Virus record (IMG/VR): IMGVR_UViG_3300011335_000288
Coordinates: 1-26,430 of that record
Origin: a virus
Lineage: Duplodnaviria; Caudoviricetes
Direction: 5' to 3' (one strand)
Length of the DNA: 26,430 nucleotides
This document shows, piece by piece, positions 17,927 to 24,086 of the stretch (positions within the stretch are counted from its first letter, which is position 1; each line of letters begins with the position of its first letter). The translations under genes and the position numbers were made by a program. The notes beneath the pieces are model-generated. The model was given only the letters and a program-made list of their open reading frames with translations, did no database searches and was not told the DNA's origin.

Positions 17927-18196
17927 TCAATTGTATAAGATATTCTTAATTGATCTATTATATGATGTGTAATATAGAGAAGTCTCTTATACAACGTGGG
18001 TCGCTTCGCTGTCTCCTTTCTGCGGAGTTAAACAGATTATCAATCTCCGCTGCCCCCCTGCTTTCTTTATCTAATGTAATCAACTACATACCATCTATCT
18101 CAATAGACTACCTTGTTACTTATTACTACTGCTATTAAGTCTACTTTGACCCTATTTTGTATCTAGGTTGGTACTTTAACAATAACTCCTCTGTCT

Positions 18197-18227
18197 CCCC
18201 CTCCCCCGTCCCCTCTATCGACCCCCC
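18197..18227 (-). other. G-quadruplex-capable tract (G6-N8-G4-N2-G5-N1-G5 on the minus strand)
   Basis: Plus-strand C runs at 18197-201, 18203-207, 18210-213 and 18222-227. Confidence 0.6.
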
Positions 18228-18235
18228 TATCTATA

Positions 18236-18286
18236 GTGTTACCTAGGGTGTTACCAGTGTTACCGCCAGTGTTACCAACAGTAACA
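18236..18286. repeat. Four direct repeats of GTGTTACC plus an inverted GTAACA
   Basis: Copies at 18236, 18248, 18257 and 18269; inverted half-site at 18281-18286. Confidence 0.9.
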
Positions 18287-18295
18287 GACCCATTA

Positions 18296-18419
18296 CGCAC
18301 CACAATGGTGCACTACTATGCACTATATTGGTGCAGGTTAGGAGCGCACTAGATTGGTGCGAGGAGTGCACTAAGTTGGTGCGTAATAGATCATGGGAGT
18401 AATGCACTGTTTTGGTGCA
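18296..18419. promoter_or_regulatory. Array of five palindromic NtrC-type enhancer boxes (GCAC-N7-GTGC)
   Basis: cGCACCACAATGGTGCa (18296-312), TGCACTATATTGGTGCA (18319-335), cGCACTAGATTGGTGCg (18345-361), TGCACTAAGTTGGTGCg (18367-383), TGCACTGTTTTGGTGCA (18403-419). NtrC consensus is TGCACCA-N3-TGGTGCA. Confidence 0.8.
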
Positions 18420-18449
18420 TGAATGGCTATATTGGTACGCTATAGTCCC

Positions 18450-18468
18450 ATGCAATATCCATGCCAAG
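18450..18468 (-). promoter_or_regulatory. Sigma54 (RpoN) -24/-12 promoter
   Basis: Minus strand CTTGGCATGGATATTGCAT versus consensus YTGGCACGNNNNTTGCW; GG at 18465-64 and GC at 18453-52 with exact spacing; predicted start near 18440. Confidence 0.78.
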
Positions 18469-18632
18469 TCCGCAACACTTCTTTATTGCCTATGTTTTAC
18501 CTATCTGACTACCTACATAATCATATTGTGCATCAAATAAGGAACATTAAAGTATTTATAAAATAGTGTTGCATCTAATATAAAAGAGAGTAACTTAGTC
18601 GTTGTACTAACTAACCAACAGAGGATACGACA

Positions 18633-18839
18633 ATGCAATATAAACAGAACCGATTCCCCACACTATCAGAGGCATTAGAAGCGGAGAATATTGCGCATAT
18701 GTGGGATATGCACCCGCTTGCCTACGGTGAAACATACGGCATAACATATCAAGACGGCACTAAACATGGTCACTATTTAAGCGTCCATAGGTTTACTGAC
18801 GGACATTATGAAAGACCAATTCACTACAACAGAGGGTAA
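18633..18839 (+). CDS. First early gene, 68-aa hypothetical protein
   Basis: AGAGGA RBS; DGTKHGHYLSVHRFTDGHYERPIHY. Confidence 0.8.
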   Translation: MQYKQNRFPTLSEALEAENIAHMWDMHPLAYGETYGITYQDGTKHGHYLSVHRFTDGHYERPIHYNRG

Positions 18840-18843
18840 GACA

Positions 18844-18969
18844 ATGTTAACTAGAATACAGAAAGAGAGAAAAGCATATAAAGCGTTTATATGGGTAGTG
18901 CAATTAACTTTTTTGGTACTGTGCCTAACAACTATGGTATCAATAACAATAATCGGGCTAATCGGGTAA
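18844..18969 (+). CDS. 41-aa single-pass membrane microprotein
   Basis: MLTRIQKERKAYKAFIWVVQLTFLVLCLTTMVSITIIGLIG; GAGGG RBS; fills the gap between neighbours exactly. Confidence 0.65.
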   Translation: MLTRIQKERKAYKAFIWVVQLTFLVLCLTTMVSITIIGLIG

Positions 18970-18973
18970 TAAT

Positions 18974-19615
18974 ATGATCAAACTATCAAAAGCAAGCAAG
19001 ATGCCCTGCAAGTCGTGGTCATTGCAAGCACTAGATACTTGTCCTGCAAGCAAGAAGGCTGACGGTACGCTTGTAGACGCCTGCAAAGGTTGTTACGCGA
19101 CTACAGGCAATTACCAATATCCCAATGTGAAATCTTCGAGACTATCTAATCAAGTAGACTGGAAGCGTGAATTGTGGGTATCTGACATGGTTCGAGAGTT
19201 AGACAATGATCGTTACTTTCGCTGGTTCGACAGTGGCGATGTTTATGATCTCAGGCTGGCAAAAAAGATACTGGAAGTAATGCAGCAAACTACATGGGTA
19301 AAGCATTGGCTACCTACCAGAATGCATAAATTCCCAAAATTTTTGCCAGTGTTTGAAGCAATGGAAGCTCTACATAATGTCGTGGTTCGGTATTCTAGCG
19401 ATAGCGTAACTGGCGAAACAATACCCGGTACTAACACAAGCACAATTACGCCATATGCAATTGACGACACTGCTATCGTTAGCGTATGTCGCGCATATGA
19501 AAGAGTAGGTAAGTGTGGTGCTTGTCGTGCTTGTTGGGATAAAAGTGTACCTGTAATTGCCTATCCCGCACATGGTGCAAGTATGGCTAAGGTAATCCGT
19601 TTATTAAATATTTAA
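18974..19615 (+). CDS. Gp88-family protein (Cys-rich, radical-SAM-like)
   Basis: SKMPCKSWSL...TCP...CKGCYA, YFRWFDSGD, HWLPTR, and a C-terminal C...CGACRACW...AYPAH. Confidence 0.8.
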   Translation: MIKLSKASKMPCKSWSLQALDTCPASKKADGTLVDACKGCYATTGNYQYPNVKSSRLSNQVDWKRELWVSDMVRELDNDRYFRWFDSGDVYDLRLAKKILEVMQQTTWVKHWLPTRMHKFPKFLPVFEAMEALHNVVVRYSSDSVTGETIPGTNTSTITPYAIDDTAIVSVCRAYERVGKCGACRACWDKSVPVIAYPAHGASMAKVIRLLNI

Positions 19616-19643
19616 GCAATCAATCAATTAAGAGGATATAAAT

Positions 19644-19682
19644 ATGTTAGTATTTAAATATGTAAGTAAAAAGGTGCAATAA
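19644..19682 (+). pseudogene. 12-codon minigene or truncated gene remnant (MLVFKYVSKKVQ)
   Basis: Strong AAGAGGA RBS, ATG at 19644; its TAA overlaps the ATG of the next gene. Confidence 0.45.
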
Positions 19683-19864
19683 TGAAATCATACGATAGAG
19701 TAGATCAAGCTATAGATAACATACTGAAAGCAAGTGGTTCATCCCTGAAATATTACACGATGCAAAAATCGCTGGATGATATGCGGGCCGCCATGCGCGA
19801 GATTATGTCAAACGCATTTAACGCGGGTGCTAATGTTGTAATAAACGAGTTTAATAAATCTTAA
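19682..19864 (+). CDS. 60-aa hypothetical early protein
   Basis: AAGGTG RBS, co-directional, tight packing. Confidence 0.75.
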   Translation: MKSYDRVDQAIDNILKASGSSLKYYTMQKSLDDMRAAMREIMSNAFNAGANVVINEFNKS

Positions 19865-19874
19865 AGGTGGAATA

Positions 19875-20087
19875 ATGAATGATAAACTAATAAAACCTAT
19901 GTCAGTCAAGCACATACACAAGCCGCAAGTGAAGCACTACTTTACAGGTGCGCAGTGGTCCAAGTATGCGACACTTGCCGAAGCGGAACAGGTAGCTAAT
20001 GGCAAACCAGTCTATGTGGGCGAGTGGAACAACAAAGCCCGTATGTGGGATATGACAGAAAGAGGCGTACACTATGCAAAACAGTAG
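19875..20087 (+). CDS. 70-aa hypothetical early protein
   Basis: AAGGTGG RBS, co-directional. Confidence 0.7.
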   Translation: MNDKLIKPMSVKHIHKPQVKHYFTGAQWSKYATLAEAEQVANGKPVYVGEWNNKARMWDMTERGVHYAKQ

Positions 20088-20469
20088 ATCACAGATCAAG
20101 CAAGACCTAAGCGCGGCACTAGCACTAGAAGTGGCGCAATGGCAGAAGAAGGGCGGGATTATAGAAGTGTTGCCATCGTGTCAGTATGCACAGCAGCTCT
20201 ATTGTGTCAATGAGGGTCAAACTCAAGAGGGCGTGAGGGTATCAATGAAAGTTGGTACTTTTGTCCCTACTTTGACGATAGCGAAACCAGCAATCCGTAA
20301 AACATGGGCATTAGATGAATCACAGCGTGAGGCAGTGAATGCGCGACAGCGTGAAGTGTATAGGGAGTGGATAGATAAGGGGTTAACACAAGCAGAAGCA
20401 GAAAAGATAGCTAACAAGGAAAAGATGCGCTTATTCTACGCTTTAAGACGTACTAGAGAGACTGAGTAG
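20074..20469 (+). CDS. 131-aa protein with a SutA-like N-terminal motif
   Basis: GAGG RBS; KQDLSAALALEVAQWQKKGGIIEVLP resembles the SutA helix-GG-strand motif. Confidence 0.6.
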   Translation: MQNSRSQIKQDLSAALALEVAQWQKKGGIIEVLPSCQYAQQLYCVNEGQTQEGVRVSMKVGTFVPTLTIAKPAIRKTWALDESQREAVNARQREVYREWIDKGLTQAEAEKIANKEKMRLFYALRRTRETE

Positions 20470-20625
20470 GGGTGGTATGTATAGCTATACTGAAGAGTCG
20501 CCAGCGTTATACACCATATAATATAACACTTGTGTTGTATCGCTAACGACTTTTCTGGTGCTTTAGTGTATAAGTGTTTATCAATAAGTGTTGTTTACGG
20601 GTAAGTCGCTGTTTGCTCTATAGTG

Positions 20626-20654
20626 ATTGTAATAATATACATATACAGTGTCAA
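20626..20654 (-). promoter_or_regulatory. Antisense sigma70 promoter (TTGACA-17-TACAAT)
   Basis: Minus strand TTGACA-ctgtatatgtatattat-TACAAT, in the only large non-coding gap of the early arm. Confidence 0.65.
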
Positions 20655-20720
20655 GAGCCTAGGCGTATACTATACGGGTATAGGGAAACGATAAGAAACC
20701 ATAATTAATAGAGGTGTACG

Positions 20721-20903
20721 ATGATTGAACAAGTGTTCGGCAGGTGGGACAAAGACGATATGCTGTTATACTCGGCAGCACAGGCGGTCATACGCCAAGC
20801 TATGATTCCGTACCATGCAGCTGATGCGTATGGCGTTGACATTGACGAGCTTGATATATTGGTGGCAGAGATCAAAGAGCTGGAGGTGGCATATGCAAGA
20901 TAA
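20721..20903 (+). CDS. 60-aa hypothetical protein
   Basis: GAGGTG RBS. Confidence 0.75.
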   Translation: MIEQVFGRWDKDDMLLYSAAQAVIRQAMIPYHAADAYGVDIDELDILVAEIKELEVAYAR

Positions 20904-21078
20904 GATATTATTAGAGACTGCAAGGGCGCGATTGATACGCTCTCAGTTGGCATTAGAGGGTGATAAGACATTCAGGCAGGTAGAAGGGGGCGCACAGTAT
21001 CTTAGGATGTTAGATGATGAACTGGTGCGTTTAGACAGGCTCTTATTAATACTACAGGAGGCACTAGATGCTAGTTAA
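20893..21078 (+). CDS. 61-aa helical hypothetical protein (start MQDKIL)
   Basis: GGAGGTG RBS before the ATG at 20893; overlaps both neighbours. Confidence 0.7.
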   Translation: MQDKILLETARARLIRSQLALEGDKTFRQVEGGAQYLRMLDDELVRLDRLLLILQEALDAS

Positions 21079-22672
21079 AAATCATATACCATGTCCGGAC
21101 AAAGTGGGTTGCAGGAGCAGTGATGGAGCGAGCTTAGACGACTCAGGCTCTGTGTGGTGCTTTGTGTGTGAAAAGACATTTAAAGATCAACCAGTGCCGG
21201 ATGAAACAGCAAGCGTTAAGACGCGCCCCTCATTCGTGGACGTGGCTCATGCGCTTGCTACTAGCGACTTTGCAGGCAATGCGGCAAGGGGCATTACAGC
21301 AGAGACTGCAAGGCTGTATAGGTGTGCGCACGGAGCAGACAAGACACATTATGGCTACTACTCTAAGCAGTCACCAGCGCAGCCAGTGGCAATTAAAACT
21401 CGATTGGCTGGTAAGATGTTCCCTTGGAGTGGTGACGAGAAACACGCCTTTCTGTACGGACAACAGTTATTCCCCGCAGGCGGCAAGTTCGTCACTATTA
21501 CTGAAGGCGAAGAAGATGCGATGGCGGCTTATCAGTTGACAGGCAGTAAGTACCCTGTAGTGAGCATCAAGAATGGCGCAAGCGCAGCATTGACTAACTG
21601 TAAGACGCATTACGAATGGCTAGAGAGCTTTGAGACTATCGTTATCTGTTTTGATGCTGACGAAGCAGGACACAAAGCGGCTAAGGAAGTAGCGCAGCTC
21701 TTTGGGGGCAAGTCTAAGATTATGAAGCACATAGCGGGTGCTAAAGATGCTTGTGACTATTACAAGCTAGGCAAAGCAGCAGACTTTGTTAATGCGTGGT
21801 GGAGAGCAGAACGATACACCCCAGACGGGATAGTATCGGGTGAGTCTCTGAGAGAGGCGTTAAAGACTCCTGTACAACCCCCAAAGCTGTTCTATCCTTG
21901 GAGAGGGCTTAATAGAATGTTGCGCGGCATACGACCAGCGGAGCTAGTGACATGGTGTGCAGGCTCTGGCATAGGCAAGTCGAGTATGCTAAGAGAAATA
22001 GTTGTAAACACCTTACAAAGCACAGATGAGAGCGTGGGGCTTGCATTCTTAGAAGAAACACCAGAGCGCACGATGAGGGGCATAGCCGGGCTTCATATGA
22101 ATAAGCCTATACACTTAGACGGCATAGACTACACAGGCGAAGAAGTAGACGATGCTTATCTTAAGTTAGGGCTCGGCAACAGAGTACAGTTCTGGGAACA
22201 CTGGGGCAGCTCGCAGATTGATAACGTAATCTCGCGTTTACGCTACATGGCTAAAGCAATGGGTTCAAGTCTGTTAGTCTTAGATCACATATCAATAGTA
22301 GTATCAGGTGACGCTACGACTAATGAACGACAGACTATTGATGAATTAATGACAAGATTGAGGACGGAAGTTGTACAACAAACCAACTGCTCGTTACACA
22401 TTGTTAGCCACTTAACACGGCCTGACGGTAAACCGTTAGAGCTAGGCGCACCAGTACACTTAGGACTGTTACGAGGCTCTGGCAGTATAGCGCAGCTTAG
22501 TGATGTAGTTATCGCAGGAGAGCGCAACAGCCAAGCAGAAGACCCAAGCGAGAGGAACACCATCAAGCTGAGAGTCTTAAAGTCTAGAGCAACTGGAGAG
22601 ACAGGCGTAGCTTGTTCTTTAATATATGATAGAGCTAGTGGGAGATTGACTGAGTTGGAGGACACACTATGA
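21068..22672 (+). CDS. T7 gp4-like DNA primase-helicase
   Basis: Zinc finger CPDKVGC...CFVC, TOPRIM TEGEEDA and FDADEAG, Walker A AGSGIGKS, LDHISI, LRGSGSIAQLSD. Confidence 0.96.
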   Translation: MLVKNHIPCPDKVGCRSSDGASLDDSGSVWCFVCEKTFKDQPVPDETASVKTRPSFVDVAHALATSDFAGNAARGITAETARLYRCAHGADKTHYGYYSKQSPAQPVAIKTRLAGKMFPWSGDEKHAFLYGQQLFPAGGKFVTITEGEEDAMAAYQLTGSKYPVVSIKNGASAALTNCKTHYEWLESFETIVICFDADEAGHKAAKEVAQLFGGKSKIMKHIAGAKDACDYYKLGKAADFVNAWWRAERYTPDGIVSGESLREALKTPVQPPKLFYPWRGLNRMLRGIRPAELVTWCAGSGIGKSSMLREIVVNTLQSTDESVGLAFLEETPERTMRGIAGLHMNKPIHLDGIDYTGEEVDDAYLKLGLGNRVQFWEHWGSSQIDNVISRLRYMAKAMGSSLLVLDHISIVVSGDATTNERQTIDELMTRLRTEVVQQTNCSLHIVSHLTRPDGKPLELGAPVHLGLLRGSGSIAQLSDVVIAGERNSQAEDPSERNTIKLRVLKSRATGETGVACSLIYDRASGRLTELEDTL

Positions 22673-22911
22673 GTATTGACACAGTTGCGCAGACAGTGAT
22701 AGCTTGCACCGGATGCAGTTGCCTATGGCTGATGGCAAGCCAAGAACCAAGAGTGCGGATGTGGGCGGCAATCATAGGGCTTGCGGGTGAGCCTTTCTGG
22801 TTACTAACAGCATACTTGAATGAGCAGTGGGGTATAGTAGCGTTAGCGTTTGTCTATGGATTCAATTGGCTAAGGATTGGATACTTAAATTATAAAGAGG
22901 TGGTGAAATGA
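22669..22911 (+). CDS. 80-aa multi-pass membrane protein
   Basis: Three hydrophobic segments; GGAGG RBS; ATGA overlap. Confidence 0.7.
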   Translation: MSIDTVAQTVIACTGCSCLWLMASQEPRVRMWAAIIGLAGEPFWLLTAYLNEQWGIVALAFVYGFNWLRIGYLNYKEVVK

Positions 22912-23300
22912 ATGAGATCAGAAAAGCAGCAAGAGAGTCTTTACGGGTGAAAGCAAGGAAGTTCCTTGACGAGGAAGCTAGCGGCATTGCATACGAGAAC
23001 GCCCGCGCTTGGGAAGCCTGTGACGAAGAAGCAGTAGCATTTCAGCTAGAGCGTTATCCAAAGGCTATCATTAAGTGGATGAAAGAGAATTCAGACTGGG
23101 CGCAGGCAGCAACAGATTGCTACATGGGTAAAGAGACTATAGCTAAGATATACGCTGATCCAAGCCTGTTCCGCGAGTACATAGACAATGCCCTGTTTGA
23201 GTTCTTTCGGCATACATTGGTCGATTGGGAGCAGGACATACATGATGCGTTAGTTGACTCAGGCTACGTTAAAGCAGGAGGCTACAGTGACAGTAATTGA
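22908..23300 (+). CDS. 130-aa acidic hypothetical protein
   Basis: GAGGTGG RBS; ATGA overlap. Confidence 0.75.
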   Translation: MNEIRKAARESLRVKARKFLDEEASGIAYENARAWEACDEEAVAFQLERYPKAIIKWMKENSDWAQAATDCYMGKETIAKIYADPSLFREYIDNALFEFFRHTLVDWEQDIHDALVDSGYVKAGGYSDSN

Positions 23301-23436
23301 GATTAAGGCAGGCTTTTGGAAGCTAGTCAGTGAAGGCGAGAATGATACACTGGTGTTCTATGGGTACTCTAGAGCAGAGGTGGAGGGTAGGTTTAAGAGC
23401 TGGTTACGCAGAAAGGACTTGGAGAAACTACGATGA
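23287..23436 (+). CDS. 49-aa hypothetical protein (GTG start)
   Basis: AGGAGG RBS before the GTG at 23287; LVFYGYSRAEVEGRF. Confidence 0.65.
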   Translation: MTVIEIKAGFWKLVSEGENDTLVFYGYSRAEVEGRFKSWLRRKDLEKLR

Positions 23437-23675
23437 TACATCCTACATACGATAACTCTACACGCCCTGAAGCGCACTTGACAGCTAAGACTAAGAAGTG
23501 TCAATGTAGCTTATGCGGCCTAGTGTTCAGCACAGAGAACAACTTTGATAGGCACAGGAAGGGCGAGTATGGTGCAGTGCGCTACTGTGCTACACCATTA
23601 GAAGCTGGCCTGAGCGCACGATGTACTAAAGCAGGTGTTGTATACGGGCAGTATGGTACTAATCCTTTCAACTAG
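23433..23675 (+). CDS. Zinc-binding protein (phage FDxHR type)
   Basis: CQCSLCGLVFS...NFDRHR...CATPLEAGL. Confidence 0.75.
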   Translation: MIHPTYDNSTRPEAHLTAKTKKCQCSLCGLVFSTENNFDRHRKGEYGAVRYCATPLEAGLSARCTKAGVVYGQYGTNPFN

Positions 23676-23685
23676 GAGACTGACA

Positions 23686-23904
23686 ATGAAAGTTATTATA
23701 CATTTAGATAAGTATGACGTAACAGAGGCCGCCAGTGTTGTACTAGACACTTGGAAGACTACAGACTACACAGGAGAGGAGATTAAAGTAAAGCTGAAGG
23801 GGGTAGATAAGACAGTTAAATCAGAAGTCTGGTACTTAGCAAGCCGTTTGTACGCAGATACTAAGGAGAAAGTATGCGCTGTCTCGCCTGCAATTGCTGC
23901 CTGA
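23686..23904 (+). CDS. 72-aa hypothetical protein (start MKVIIH)
   Basis: AGGAG RBS before the ATG at 23686. Confidence 0.65.
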   Translation: MKVIIHLDKYDVTEAASVVLDTWKTTDYTGEEIKVKLKGVDKTVKSEVWYLASRLYADTKEKVCAVSPAIAA

Positions 23905-24086
23905 GTAGCTTTGAAGCTACAAGGAAAGGTGCTGAGTCGCTAGAGTTTGTTGATTTGTGCGACAAATGCTTTGAGCATATAAGAGGTGCTTTTGCGGTAG
24001 TAGAGCGGGACGACTTAAAGGTAGTGGAATACAGGGAAGAAGATCACTCAGGAGATACAGAGTTAGACGATCCGGGCGAGGACTAA
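23874..24086 (+). CDS. Small CxxC...CxxC zinc-finger protein with acidic tail
   Basis: MRCLAC...DLCDKC; AAGGAG RBS; TAATG coupling to the polymerase gene. Confidence 0.75.
   Translation: MRCLACNCCLSSFEATRKGAESLEFVDLCDKCFEHIRGAFAVVERDDLKVVEYREEDHSGDTELDDPGED

Noticed and set aside
17982-17993. GTCTCTTATACA resembling the Tn5 mosaic end / Nextera adapter
   Set aside because: Only a 12-nt core matches, both flanks differ, and it is part of a local inverted repeat; probably coincidence, though read-level inspection would be prudent.
18270-18286. TGTTA-N7-TAACA matching a Firmicutes TnrA/GlnR box
   Set aside because: A single low-information match produced by the GTGTTACC repeats; inconsistent with the proteobacterial NtrC signal.
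18296-18438. Repeat array as a mini-CRISPR
   Set aside because: Repeats are only 15 bp with variable centres, the gaps are irregular (about 5-21 bp), and no cas genes are present; it fits protein-binding palindromes instead.
18243-18467. 74-aa minus-strand ORF across the array
   Set aside because: It starts at a TTG inside the sigma54 box with no RBS, and its CT..VH periodicity simply mirrors the DNA palindromes.
17734-18632. tRNA or other known structured RNA gene in the large intergenic region
   Set aside because: No cloverleaf or T-loop GTTCRA signature found by eye.
20616-20636. T7-like phage promoter core (TCACTATAG on the minus strand)
   Set aside because: The upstream specificity region does not match, the motif is not repeated before other genes, and no phage RNAP is in the window; the sigma70 reading explains the site.
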